Shown: positions 50,086 to 63,222, counted from the stretch's first letter. The stretch: 64,000 nt of DNA from Octopus vulgaris (GCA_951406725.2 OX597815.1:178684001-178748000); one strand, 5' to 3'. Numbers and translations: made by a program. Notes: generated by a model from the letters alone, not told the origin.

Positions 50086-50492
50086 GTGAAATAGAAAGAT
50101 GAATAATCTTGTAGCAGATTAATCAAAAGTTTAACCGATACCTTGGTAGCAAAAATCACAGCAGAAAACAGCACGGTTGGAGGTACAACCATATGGTGTT
50201 GCAAACGTGCGTTGGTGCGGATAATTGAAATTAAAATATTATTGGTGAATATATATATATATATGTATGTATGTGTGTGTGTGTTTGTGTATCTGTGTTT
50301 GTCCCCCTAGGATTGCTTGACAACCGATGCTGGTGTGTTTACGTCCCCGTCACTTAGCGGTTTGGCAAAACAGACCAATAGAATAAGTACTGGGCTTACA
50401 ATGAATAAGTCCCGGGGTCGAGTTGCTCGATTAAAAGGCGGTGCTCCAGCATGGCCGCAGTCAAATGACTGAAACAAGTAAAAGAGTAAAAG
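49862..50492 (+). mobile_element. SINE family 1 copy with a ~170-bp foreign insert in its (TA)n tract
   Basis: The SINE 5' and 3' halves are intact; unrelated sequence at about 50083-50250 is bounded by (TA)n on both sides. Confidence 0.8.
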
Positions 50493-53139
50493 AGAGGTGT
50501 GTCAATGTCTGAAGGGGGTGGGGGAAGCAGGTAAAGAGTGGGAAAAGGAAAGAGCAGGAAAGGAAAAGAGAAAATTCTACATTTTTCTACTATAGATACA
50601 GTTGTTTTAACCAGTGACATGTGGCCATGCTGGGGCAGTTCCATTAACCCGTTAGCATTTGGATTATTCTGTCAAATTGTGTATTCTACTTTCTACTTGG
50701 GGTGTGGATGGAGCCATGCACTTGGAATTGAAACGAAGTTAGATAATATATTACAAGCTTGCAAATTGAACAGTCAAAGGTTCATATTTGAATCTGCCAC
50801 ACTTCAGTGAAATTTTGAATTGGTATTAAAAGGTGATTCACCTTTACAACAGTGCACTCGAGAGTACAGAGATCATCTTTGGCAAAGGAGATAAATTTAG
50901 TAATAGATAATACATAGAGATTAAAGGAAATTACGTTATTGTAAACATGAGCTTTTGTAGTTGTAAATATGTCTATACATGTGTGTGTGTGTGTTTGTGT
51001 GTGTATCTCTTTTACTTGTTTCAGTCATTTGACTGTGGCCATGCTGGAGCACCGCCCTTTAGTTGAGTAAATCGACCGCAGGACTTATTCTTTGTAAGCC
51101 CAGTACTTATTCTATCGGTCTCTTTTGCTGAACCGCTAAGTGATGGGGACGTAAACACACCAGCATCGGTTGTCAAGCAATGCTAGGGGGACAAACACAG
51201 ACACACATATATATATACATATATACGACAGGCTTCTTCCAGTTTCTGTCTACCAAATCCACTCACAAGGCATTGGTCGGCCCGGGGCTATAGCAGAAGA
51301 CACTTGCCCAAGATGCCACGCAGTGGGACTGAACCCGGAACCATGTGGTTGGTAAGCAAGCTACTTACCACACAGCCACTTCTGCGCCTGTATGTATACA
51401 TATAAAATACACAGCTTTATTTTGAGATTGCTACTGTTAACAATACTCGCAAATAAAATACAGACTGGAGTTGCAGTGCTCCAAGTGAGCTAAATTCCGC
51501 TTAATAATCTCAATAGAGGCAATGCCTCCATATATATTTATGCATACATATATATATATATATATATAAATTACGTCATATGTAAACAAAGATAAGTTTG
51601 TTTTTGAAGCGTTGAAATGTATTGTAGAACAAGTAGGAAGATAAATTTTTCAATGTGTAAATGCTGATAGAAATACAGGATATAAAGGATAATAAAAGTA
51701 GAAAAATATGTCAGCATTCAGGGCTGATCGCTGACAAATTTTTCTGCTCTTAAAGGATTTTAGCCTAAATATGCTGTTCTATCAGTATTTATGCATTGAA
51801 AAATATTTCTACTTGTTCTATATATATATATATATACTCTTTTGCTTGTTTCAGTAATTTTACTGTGGCCATGCTGGAGCACCGTCTTTAGTCGAGCAAC
51901 TCGACCCCGGGACTTATTCTTTCTAAGCCCAGTACTTACTCTATCGGTCTCTTTTGCAGAACCGCTAAGTAACGGGGACATAAACACACCAGCATCGGTT
52001 GTCAAGCAATGCTAGGGGGACAAACACAGACACACAAACATACACGCACATATACATATATACGACAGGCTTCTTTCAATTTCCGTCTACCAATTCCACT
52101 CACAAGGCTTTGGTCAGCCCCAGGCTATAGTAGAAGACACTTGCCCAAGGTGCCACGCAGTGGGACTGAATCAGGAAGCATGTGGTTGGTAAGCAAGCTA
52201 CTTACCACACAGCCGCTCCTGTATATATATATATATGTATGTATGTATATCTTATTTAATTTTATTTGTTAGGGAATAAAAGGAGTATAGTAGGTGCCTT
52301 TTACATGTCACCTGCTTCTATGTGCACAGCTGCTTCTATGTGCCACCAGCATGGGTACTTTTATGTGCCACCAGCACTGGCCACCAAAACAATTTCACTT
52401 GGCTTGACGAGTCTTCCCAGCCACAATTTTCTTCATGCTCTCAGTTTATCTTACCCCCCCCCCCAGGGGTACATGAGTGTGAAGACAAACTACCTGGAAT
52501 CCTTTATTTTTCATTTGTTTCAGTCATTAGACTGTGGCCATGCTGGGGCACCACCTGAAGAATTTTTAATCGAATGAACCAACCCCCAGGATTTCTTTTT
52601 GTTCTAGGCCTGGTACTTACTTTATTGGTCTCTTTTGCCATTCTGCTAAGTTATAGGGACGTAAACAAACTAACACTGGTTATCAAGCAATGATGGGACG
52701 CACATGCAACAAGCTTCTTTCAGTTTCTATCTACCAATTCCACTCATAAGGATTTGGTTGGCTTGTGGTTATAGAAGACACTTACCCAAGGTGTCACACA
52801 GTGGGACTGAACCCAGAACCATGTGGTTGGGAAGTAAACTTTTCACCACTCAGGCATGCCTACTCATTTACAACTATCACGTGACATCAAGATCTGAGCT
52901 AAAAGGATGGATGGATGCATGCATGCATACATACATACATACATACATGCATGCATGCATGCATGCATGCAGCAGCAGCACGATAAAGTGATAGTATGTT
53001 GTCAACTTTAATGTGACAGTCCCATGAAAGGGAAGAATGCTACTGTTATTTAGCCCTAGGAAACACCATTTCCTGTTGGCCTTGAAACATTTCCTTGTGC
53101 CCTTATGTTTTCAAAGGGGGAGATAAGCGCCTCCACCCA

Positions 53140-53208
53140 GCAAAGCCAGCATCCAGAGACTAGTTTCTGAGTCATTGCTTATCATCAGTCTGCAGGAGCA
53201 TGGCTTGC
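53140..53208 (-). ncRNA. Minimal type-I hammerhead ribozyme motif
   Basis: gcaagccatgctcctgCAGA-CTGATGA-taagcaatgactca-GAAA-CTAG-TC|TCTGgatgctggctttgc. Stem III is the palindrome ACTAGT with a GUC site; stem I is extended, stem II imperfect. Confidence 0.7.
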
Positions 53209-53285
53209 TAGCTGTCAATGCCTATCCGCCTTTGTAAACATATAATAATTCAAATGAAATACATTCACTGATTTTTGAAAATAGA

Positions 53286-53332
<47 letters not shown>

Positions 53333-54244
53333 TATATGTGTGTATGTATCTCACTTAGGAAATCTAAAAATATTTCATTTTATTAATATACATTCTGAAA
53401 AAGTCAAGTAAAGATAAGTTAATTTGGTTTCCTTCTTTCTGCCCTCTACTCACACGTCCCCGTTCCTTCCACCACACACACACACACACACACACCCTTC
53501 ACTCACACTACCATTATTGAACTGTACATATACAGCTCTCTTCTGCGATACATTTCAAGCTGTTTTTGAAATTATGCCAACAGCAATATTAAAAATAATG
53601 TATCATTTTTTTAATGACTATTTCTGTCAACACTGAGTGCCACCATCATGTTTTACCAAAATTACAGCTTCCTAATACTCTTTAACAAACGAAATTCACC
53701 ATTACCGCTACCATCGTCATTAAATTATTTTAGCTGAGTGGTCAACATTTTAATGTTACAAAGATGTTTTGCTTTCTTTTTCTTTTTTTTTCCCTCATAT
53801 CATCTTTTCCGGTTTATTTCAAGTGGCAAGACTATTAATTTTCTCTCAGTAAATATTCAGGAAGATTGTAGAGAAACCCCGATAGAGCATATTCCTGCAG
53901 AAAGTAGTAATCAATCACACAAGTGTGTGTTGGTTGCTTTTAAAGATGCCTGCTGATAATTAAGATTTCCTGTCAATGTGTAGCGAATCCTGCAAGCATG
54001 AAGTGGATTCGATCCACCATAGCCAAATTTAAATCAACACTGCTACAGAACTTTTCCCACGATGGAACAATGGTTTTTCTCTGACGTTGATGTGTTTACA
54101 TCCCTGTAAAATTAGTAGTTCAGCATAAGAGACCAACAGAATAAGTACTAGACTTACAAAAAATAAATCCTGGGTTCAATTTCTTCAACTAAACCCCTTA
54201 AGGTGGTACTGCAGCATGGCCACAGTCAAATGACTGAAACAAGA

Positions 54245-54275
<31 letters not shown>

Positions 54276-54634
54276 CAAAATATCTGTAGCGTGACTTAAT
54301 ACAGTAAAATTTACAGCAAGAGTTGGTTCAGGCCTTTATGTGAAAAATCCTGCTCTAAAAATTAGTCTTTCGGTTCTCTCGGTTTAATACAATCTGTACC
54401 AATAATGTGTGTGATGTTTACTTAATTGATTATAGTTATTTGCCAGAGCAGTTTCTTACGCCTAGCAAAAAGAAATCAATATTTATACATAACATAACAC
54501 GACTTTCAGCCATTGAGTAACTGAAGATTCAAAGAACATCGTGTTCCCCAGTGTTGTATGTTGATAGTCATTTCTTCTTATATCAGTTCCACGCTTTGTA
54601 CTAAGGTACTGCCATCGTTTATGCAGTCAAATAT

Positions 54635-55053
54635 GTTTCTTTATTACCCACAAGGGGCTAAACATAGAGGGGACAAACAAGGACAGACAAAGAGATTAAG
54701 TTGATTACATTGACCCCAGTGCATAACTGGTATTTAATTTATCAACCCTGAAAGGATGAAAAGCAGAGTCAACTGCAGTGGAATTTGAACTCAGAACGTA
54801 GCGGCAGATGAAATACTTATTTCTTTACTACCCACAAGGGGCTAAACACAGAGGGGACAAACAAGGACAGACATAGGTATTAAGTCGATTACATTGACTC
54901 CAGTGCGTAACTGGTACTTAATTTATCGACACCGAAAGGATGAAAGGCAAAGTCGACCTCGGCGGAATTTGAACTCAAAACGTAACGGCAGACGAAATAC
55001 TGCTGAGCATTTCGCCCGGCATGCTTACGTTTCTGCCAGCTCGCCGCCTTGTA
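54635..55053 (-). mobile_element. tRNA-derived SINE family 3 (MetaSINE-like central domain), partial tandem dimer with 11-bp TSD
   Basis: B box GAGTTCAAATTCC and domain GTCGACTTTGCCTTTCATCCTTTCGG.GTCGATAAATTAAGTACCAG; the MetaSINE assignment is from recall. TSD CAGTCAAATAT at 54624-54634 and 55054-55064. Other copies at about 13965-14277(-), 27645-27872(+), 56230-56455(-), 56620-56836(-), 62140-62355(-). Confidence 0.8.
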
Positions 55054-55134
55054 CAGTCAAATATATACCAACCCCAATCATTTAATCGTGTTTATTCCAT
55101 CAACTGAAATCCTATTTGTTAATATATTATATCG

Positions 55135-55462
55135 AAGGTGTGTGGCTTAACAGCTCCGGTATTAGGCTCACGATCGTAAGGTCAGGAGTTCAATGCCCAA
55201 CAGTGTATTATGTATGCCCTTGAGCATGACCCTTAATTTCATGCTGTTCCAGTCCAACCACCTGGCTATATTGAGTTGTACCCGTAATTCAAAGGGGCCA
55301 GCCTTGTCACATTCTGTATCATGCTGAATCTCCCTGAGAAGTATATCAAGGGAATGCATATCTGTGGAGTACTCAGCCACTTGCATGTTAATTTCATGAG
55401 CAGGCTGTTCCACTGATCCAATCAACCAGAATCCTCGTCACCCTAACCAACAGGGTGCCAGT
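55135..55462 (+). mobile_element. tRNA-derived SINE family 4
   Basis: tRNA-like head with GAGTTCAAT, then CCTTGAGCA...CCAGTCCA and tail GAATCTCCCTGAGAA...CTCAGCCACTTGCATGTTAATTTCA. Similar copies at about 14605-14888(+), 21675-22000(-), 30110-30790(-, interrupted), 41500-41760(+). Confidence 0.75.
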
Positions 55463-55934
55463 TAATTATCTACAATATGGTGTTAGCAATGTGGAGCAGA
55501 AAGTAAACCCCTAATGAGTCAAGACCATGACTCAGTCGCAATTCTTTGTCGGAGTCGAGTCATTTCTGAATTACTTACTCTACTAACGAGCCAATAAAAC
55601 AAGCAGTGAAATTTCTTTCAAATCACACCCCAATTGCTTAAAAAGGAAAAAGAAGACATTTGATAAGACAGTTCTAATTATATCTTTCCTGAATAAATGG
55701 GATGGTCACTGCTGGAATGTTAATCATAGTTCTATTTGATCAGGGCTAGTCAAGTTGTGGGGGAGGAATAAATAACATATTTCCAAGACAGAGCAGAGCA
55801 GCATTTGTCATGACCCATTTATGACCCATTCCCCTTCCTTCTAAAACTACAGGACATAACACCCAGTTGAAAAACAGCAGATCGCAATATAAAGGGTGAA
55901 ATCGTTTCCTTTTTAATAATGACAACTGAGAACT

Positions 55935-56595
55935 GAGACTCAGTAAACACCCACAAAATTATTAACCATTGTGCCAACAACCACCTTGAGCACCTAATGT
56001 CTAACACACATGGGGAGGCTTACAAAGTCAGAAAACAGCACAGCTCCCATGACTTTTGGAAACATTTTTTCACACTCAGAGTTGCTGAAGCATGGAACAA
56101 ACTACCTGCCTCAGATGTTAGCTGTCGAGACATTGCACCCTTTAAAACCTCCATGCTTCCTGAAATTCGCCAACACTACACCTGATATCCACCCCACCAC
56201 CTCCATACACATGCAAACATACATGTATATCTATTTCTTTACTACCCACAAGGGGCTAAACACAGAGGGGACAAACAAGGACAGACAAAGGCATTAGTCG
56301 ATTACATCGACCCCAGTGCATAACTGGTACTTATTTAATCGACCCCGAAAGGATGAAAGGCAAAGTCGACCTCGGCAGAATTTGAACTCAGAACGTAATG
56401 GCAGACAAAATACGGCTATGCATTTCGCCCGGCGTCCTAACGATTCTGCCAGCTTGCACACATACATGCATATCATGACTCCTACACTGTTCACTTTCCT
56501 GACATTTGTACATAATTCTATGTACTATACATACACCTTTGATGAGTTGTAGTGCACCTGAGTACTGTGCACAATAATTTCATTATTATTATTAC
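55935..56595 (+). mobile_element. Second CR1/L2-group LINE 3' fragment, interrupted by a SINE at about 56230-56455
   Basis: Closely similar to 8450-8860 (KHFFTLRVAEAWNKLP), with a (TTA)n tail. Tail-only remnants lie at about 3080-3170 and 47590-47718. Confidence 0.85.
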
Positions 56596-57772
56596 TTAGG
56601 TACACATGTGAAAGTGGCCCTAAACATAGAGGAGACAAACAAGGACAGACAAAGAGATTAAGTTGATTACATTGACCCCAGTGCGTAACTGGTACTTAAT
56701 TTATTGACCCTGAAAGGATGAAAGGCAGAGTCAACTGCAGCGGAATTTGAACTCAGAACGTAGTGGCAGATGAAATACCTATTTCTTTACTACCCACAAG
56801 GGGCTAAACACAGAGGAGACAAACAAGGACAGACATTACTAGAATAAAATACATCCATAGTAATAGTGTGGCGTGGATGTGCAGTGAGAAGCTTGTTTCC
56901 CAACCACATGGTTCTGAGATCAATCCCACTGCATGACATTGCGTTAACAACAAACAAAATGAGGACAAATATCCGTCAAATGTAAAATCATTACTGTTTA
57001 TTATTACTCAGCCTACACAGTTGCTGATATTTTTTTTATATTTCATTCGCCATGTGATGTGTTCTGTACAATAGATTTGTAATTGCATCTAAATTTAATA
57101 AAAGATTTCATCAACAAAGTTCAAGAGATAAGCTTTTGTGTGTTTTAATTAATATGGTTCTAAAAATCTCTCTCAAATATGAAATAGATCATTAAATAGT
57201 TTAATGTTGCAATTTTAAAATATTATAGTGTTCTTGAGCAAGTCTCATTACTCCACCGGTAATTGTCCTTCCTAACAACAATAAAAAAGAAAATTTTGTG
57301 AAGAAATTTTAAAATACTTGTCAAGCATGGCTGTGCGGTAACAAGATTGCTTTCCAACGACATGACTCTGGGTTCAGTCCCACTGTACGACACCTTGGGT
57401 AAATGTCTTCTACTATAGCCTCAGGCCAACCAAAGCCTTGCGAGTGGATTTAGTAAATGGAAACTGAAGGAAGCTTGTTGTGTGCATATGTATATATGTA
57501 TATCAGAGTGTGTGTGTGTGTGTATTTGTTTGTCTGTCTGTCCACCACCACTTGGCATCTAGTATTGGTGTGTTTACATCCCCATAACTTAAAGGTTCGA
57601 CAAAAGAGACTGACAGAATAAGTACCAAGCTTTAAAAAATAAGTCCTGGGGTCGATTGATTCAGCTAAAACATTCTTAAGGTGGTGCCCCAGCATGGCCA
57701 CAATCTAATGACCAAAACAACTAAAACATAAAAGAACTATTTCATTTGAAAAGCCATTTAACATGTTTTATT

Positions 57773-58158
57773 CAGGGACGTGTCACCTGGGTAGGCAGTG
57801 CCTACCCTGAATAAAATAGATCGACAAAATATGCACCTAATTCAATAAAATTATGAAGGTTACTCTGATTACAATGCATAAAATGTAAAATACTTTCTTT
57901 TTTTTTTGTAGATTAGGTAGGCATAATACGCCACTGCCTTTCAATCTCAGTATTAAAGCATTAAAGCTATGCATAGAACTGCTGTAGTACACATGCTGCG
58001 TACATTCCTACAACAACGTTTTCTTTATGCACTCGAAAGGCAGAAGTAATTCTACCCCCAACTCGGTTGCATGCCCGTGTTTCACTTATTTTTGTGGGTT
58101 TTACTACATAAACGCCACCAACTGCCTACCCTGAGTAATTACTGACAACATGTGCCTG
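57773..58158. mobile_element. Non-autonomous DNA transposon (hAT-like)
   Basis: Termini CAGGGACGTG / CATGTGCCTG, subterminal inverted GGGTAGGCAGT/ACTGCCTACCC, and 8-bp TSD GTTTTATT/GTTTGATT. Confidence 0.65.
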
Positions 58159-58861
58159 GTTTGATTGCTTTCCCAATTAATGTCTCCTATACTAGCTGAG
58201 GCATGATGGGTTTCAAGAATAAGATTGAGCATTTCAGCTTTCCACTAAACCATGAAGTTGAGCAAGCTATCGGCAAGCAAGGTATAATGCCGAGTGCAAG
58301 CATTGCAGTGTAGCATCTTAAACCTAAAAATCATTGCACATTGTATAAATTACATATATCACCATAGGAAAAATTGCTTCCAGGAAAATGTTAGAGAGAT
58401 TTATTAAAAATCAATTCGTTGAAAGTTTCCTTTTGGTGATGAGAATGTTTTTTGCTTAAAAGATTTACTAATGACAGCAACAACAGCTTTTGCATTTTAA
58501 ATGTCATAGCCAGAGGAACGTTGTCAATAATTTGCCGTAAGCTTGTTACGAGTAAACCATTATCTGCCTTGTTCATTCACAGTTTTTTAAGATTCAACAC
58601 CAAAAAATATAACTTGGCATAAACTGTGTTCGCATGATGACATCTACAGTATTTACAGAGTTTTATATCTCTGGATATTTGCCTTTCAAGAGTGATGCAA
58701 GTTGCCAAAACAGTACAATGCTAACTACATATTTTTTGCCTATGACATTATAGGTTAATATTTTGCCAGCACAGACTGGGCTGAAACAATACACTATTCA
58801 ACTAAAAACCTTACATTCTAAATTGTCTCTTCTCTACAATGCAATTTTAGAAGCTTTGACA

Positions 58862-59612
58862 TTTCATTATTTACATTCCTGGTGGGATTTTGAACCCAAC
58901 CCTGGGTTCTTATTCCTAAGGTATTTTTTGCTGATATTATTATTTATTCAAGGTACTGCCTGGAATTGAACTCAGAATCTTGGGGGTAAATCAGCCGAAA
59001 CGTTGTCATCATCATCATCATTTAACATGTTTTCCATGCTGGCATGGGTTGGACAGTTCGACTGGAGTCTGGGAAGCCAGGAGACTGCACCAGTCTCCAG
59101 TCTGATCTGGCAGTGTTTCTACAGCTGGATGCCCTTCCTAATGCCAACCACGCCGAGAGTGTAGTGGGTGCTTTTTATGTGCCACCAGCACAGGGGCCAG
59201 AAGGGGCTGGCAATGACCACAATCGGTTGGTGTTCTTTTACGTGCCACCGGTACGGAAACCAGTCAAGGTGGCGCTGGCATCGGCCACGTTCAGATGGTG
59301 CATTTTATGTGCCACCAGCATGGGGATCACAACTACTATTGCCATTTGACTTTGTTTTTGATGTACTTGACTCAGTAGGTCTCCTCAAGCATGGCATGTC
59401 GCCCTATGATCCAAGGTACTTTTGAGTGGACTGGTTATGCAACACTGGTGTAGGTTACAGCTGTGAACTCACTTTATTTGCCGGGTCTTCTCAGTCACAG
59501 CATATCTCTAGAGGCCTTGGTCTTTTATCATTGCCTCTGTGAGGCCCAACGTTTAACAACAAACAAGTTGAGGACACATATCCGTCCAATGTAAATAATG
59601 TACAGAATTCTT
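58862..59612. mobile_element. Internally deleted foldback tRNA-head/hammerhead element interrupted by an RTE-type insertion
   Basis: A minus-arm remnant at 58862-58987 is fused to plus-arm CAGCCGAAACGTTGT (58992-59006). The tail resumes at about 59553. Confidence 0.65.
59007..59551 (-). mobile_element. 5'-truncated RTE-type element: ORF end plus long 3' UTR with internal ~60-bp repeats and (GAT)n tail
   Basis: Begins LGLTEAMIKDQGL*RYAVTEKTRQIK*, then continues into the abundant GGTTGGCATTAGGAAGGGCATCCAGCTGTAGAAAC...AACCCATGCCAGCATGGAAA(GAT)n repeat. Other approximate copies: 281-640(-), 3485-3970(+), 5972-6410(-), 11330-11590(+), 19745-20210(-), 27270-27640(+), 28981-29305(-), 33770-34115(-), 37560-38100(+, two), 40985-41310(-), 44880-45095(-), 47720-47870(+), 48358-48670(-), 61790-62090(+), 63225-63594(+). 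Confidence 0.75.
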
Positions 59613-61290
59613 CATGACGGTGGGTCAGTAAAGTAAGTTACAAAACAAAAACAATGAATTGAGTGGTTTTGATCTATGATGGGCCTCAAAGGAAGTCCTC
59701 ACAATAACTCAGACATGATATTTAGGGGCATATTGAGCTATCTTTCTGTAACACTCCTTAGCATACCACTGGGTTGCCCTTATGTACTTGAATAGAGTAA
59801 GCCTTATACTAAATTCACTGGTCATTGTTGCTGCTATGCTGTTGCTGTTGAGCGAAGCGGTCTTCGTCCTCTTGGGAGAAGTCCGAAATGTGGTCCTTTG
59901 CTATTCGTAAGACCCGCAGAAGAGAAAGCAGGTCAACCCCCAACACCGAGAGCATCAACAGATGGATGAATGCACATCCAGGCTCAGCGGTTGCGTAGGA
60001 AGTTGGGGACAAGAAACAGGAAGAAAAGAGTGAGAGAAAGAGTACAACAGGCGTTGCCACCGCTCCCCCCTGCTGGAGCCTCGTGGAGCTTTAGGTGCTT
60101 TCACTCAATAAACACACACAACGCCCGGTCTGGGAATCGAAACTGCGATCCTCCGACCACGAGTCTACTGCCCTAACCATTGGGCCATTGCGCCTCCACT
60201 GTTGCTGCTATGAACCTCCTGGTAGCACAAAACCCTTTTTGGCAGCAAACCTAACATGTTGACCTGTAAGCAGTAAGAATAACAACTGATGCAGTGGCCC
60301 AGTTGCCAGCTATTCTTCTGGTGCTTGTGACAAGACAGAAAATGGTTGAATGGGAAGGAAAGGAATGAACAAAGACAATGCAGAGAAAAGAGGATTCCCT
60401 TTAGTTTTTGTCAAGGATAAGACGACCTTGTTATGCTGCGTCATGATAAAGAGCGCTTTGCACAATCTGTAAAGTGGTCAGAGAGAGAAAGGGCCCCCAG
60501 CCATGGAAACAATGCCAAAAATGAAAGAGCAGATGAAACATTTTGAAAATGTCAAGAAAGGAGCTAAAAATAAAAACTGACTCAGACTTTACTAATTTGT
60601 CTAATCAATGGCAACAAAGAGAAGCATGTAAAACAATGAAGAGAAAGCCAATTATAATTACCCCCCTCTCTCTCTCTACACACACACACACACTATATAT
60701 ATATATATATATTATACTTAAACAAAAATTCTCTTGTCTAAGAATAATAAATTTGTGCTCTACAAAAGTATGGAGTGACCCATTAGATTAATGTAAAGTT
60801 GTTTTTATTATAACATAAAAAACAAACATTTATATATATATGTATATATATATATATATAGTACAAATTAAGATAGGGGTTATGGGTGTAACCCACTATG
60901 GGGTATCATTATAGGCTGAAACAGCTGTAAGAAGTAATTTCTGGATTTCAATAATTTATAATATGACTTTTAAAATCTGTATTTGTATTATTATCTTATC
61001 TATTGATTTATGTAATATATTTTATGCATTTGATGTTCTCATTTGTAAAAATGAATAAATAATCTAACATTATAATATCCGTAAGTTGATGAACAAACTA
61101 AATTTGTTTCTCCATTTTCTCATTTGTATTATATATATATAATTCATAAATGAGGGCAAAGGAAAAGATTTCTAATGCCAAATATGCCGAAAAATTGGAC
61201 ATATTGTCCATTAACCATATAATTTTTTCACAATACGCACGCTACTCGAAAAAAGGTTGACAGACATTTCTAAAAAATTCCATTATTACC

Positions 61291-61345
61291 ATATCGGACC
61301 GATTTCAGAGTTAGCTACTAAGAGCCCTCTCTTCGTCAGTGATAC
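61291..61345 (-). ncRNA. Minimal hammerhead ribozyme motif inside a (TA)n-flanked insert
   Basis: gtatca-CTGACGA-AGAG...TTAG tag CTAA CTCT-GAAA-TCGG-TC|cgatat. Stem III is near-palindromic with a GUC site, and there is one mismatch at the base of stem I. Confidence 0.6.
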
Positions 61346-61426
61346 ATGTGGCAAAAGAAATAAAGGAGATACTTACTCATACTCAAGGAAGAAGCAAACA
61401 CTAAGTCATGAGCACAACTAAGTACC

Positions 61427-61475
<49 letters not shown>

Positions 61476-63061
61476 TGAAGTCCATGGCTATATTAAAATA
61501 AGTCATCTTTAAGCTGTGTTTATTAGTAACCAGTATCTTCAAAATGTCATAAAGTACAACAAACCAATCTGCATCAGCATAGAAAGTTTCTACAAAATTC
61601 TTCCAAAGAAAATCACAACAATAATAATGGTTTTTAAGACTGGCACATCATAAATCTGAGAGGGAGGGATATGTAGTTGATGCAATCAATTAAACATCGG
61701 TCCCTCTCAATCAACATGGTTAAGGGCTATTTTATCTACACTTTGCAGGATTTGAAATCAAACGAGTGTGAATTAAAACAGCAAAGGCAAATAAAGCACC
61801 ATTTGAACGTGGCTGATGCCAGTGCCACCTGACTGGCTCCCGTGACGGTGGCACATAAAAAGCACCATTCAAGCATGGTCGATGCCAGTACTACCTGACT
61901 GGCTCCCATGCTGGTGGCATGTAAAAAATACCTGCTACACTCTCGGAGTGGTTGGCATTAGGAAGGGCATCCAGCTGTAGAAACCTTGCCAGATCAGATT
62001 GGAGCCTGGTGCAGCCTTCTGGCTTACAAGTCCTCAGTCAAACTGTCCAACCCATGCCAACATGGAAAGCAGACATTAAATGATGATGATGAAACAATAT
62101 ACAGTAAAATATTTTGTAAAACTAAACAGGGACCAAAATACTGGTTTCGAATTTTGGCACAAGGCCAGCAATTCAGGAGTCAGGGTAAGTTGATTACATT
62201 GACCCCAGTGCTTAACTGGTACTTATTTTACTGACCCCAAAAGAAGAAAGGCAAAGTCGACCTTGGTGAAATTTGAACTCAGAATGTAAAGACAAACAAA
62301 ATGCTGCTAAGCATTTTGCACAGAATGGTAACGATTCTGCTAGCAGTACCACCTTAAAACAGGGACCAAAATATTGGTCTCAAATTTTGGTAAAGGCCAA
62401 TAAGCTCCAGGGGGAAGTAGAAGACTGCTTACAGCCCACACCTAACTTAAATTTAATTATACATACAGAACTGATAAATAATTTGGTGCTGAACCCTAAT
62501 TTGGATACCATTTATATAAGGGTTAATTTGTATTATGCTTTTAAGTTGCCTATCAATTTTCAATCATAAACTTCATAAGACTTGTTCTTAATGATGCACT
62601 GTTTCCTCAGAATAGGAGTGACCAGTTGGTAGGGCACAGGACTATATTTATATTAATCACATCCCTAAAAAAACGTGTTGTAATTGTTGACACTTGAAAA
62701 CACACCATCATGGGCCAGATCAACAATTACTCCTTTATACAGAAAGGCTCCCGATTATGAGGCAAGCATGGCCAGCCAGGAAAGAAAGCCAATAGTCCTT
62801 AACCCTTTGAACCCCAGATACCGAGTGTCCTTGACACCCTCACCCCAGGTTCCCTGGGTAAAAGAGCCAAAATAATGATTTCCCACCTAATATTGTTTCA
62901 GTGTCATTAAATGGGTTTTCTGTCTCTCATACTGAAATAAAATGCCAAATAGATGGCAACATTGTCCTTGCTTTTTTTTTTGTTTGTTTTATCGCCAATA
63001 CTGGCATTTGTGGTGCCAGTCAACCCAGCAGTTACCGTTTGGTTTTCCAATACAGAAAATA

Positions 63062-63222
63062 CTGGCTGGTAAAGCAGCCGCTGGGATATTTGTATCTGTG
63101 GCTAACAGCCGGAATAGTGGCTGCTGGGGTATTTGTAAACAGTACAACATGGCAGCCAGTAAAGCGGCCACTGGGGTATTCATATCTGCAGTTGGCGGCT
63201 GGAATAGGACCAGTTGGGGTAG
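63062..63222 (+). repeat. Degenerate ~40-bp minisatellite, with one more unit at 63596-63630 beyond an RTE-type insertion
   Basis: Repeated GGC(A/T)GC(C/T)GGTAAAG(C/T)GGCC(G/A)CTGGGGTATT-like units. Confidence 0.65.

Noticed and set aside
53738-53956. Possible plus-strand exon (EDCRETPIEHIPAESS...)
   Set aside because: It has no homology, no partner exons and a weak splice context.
58300-58860. Possible decayed transposase
   Set aside because: The frame I translated has multiple stops and I could identify no diagnostic DDE motif.
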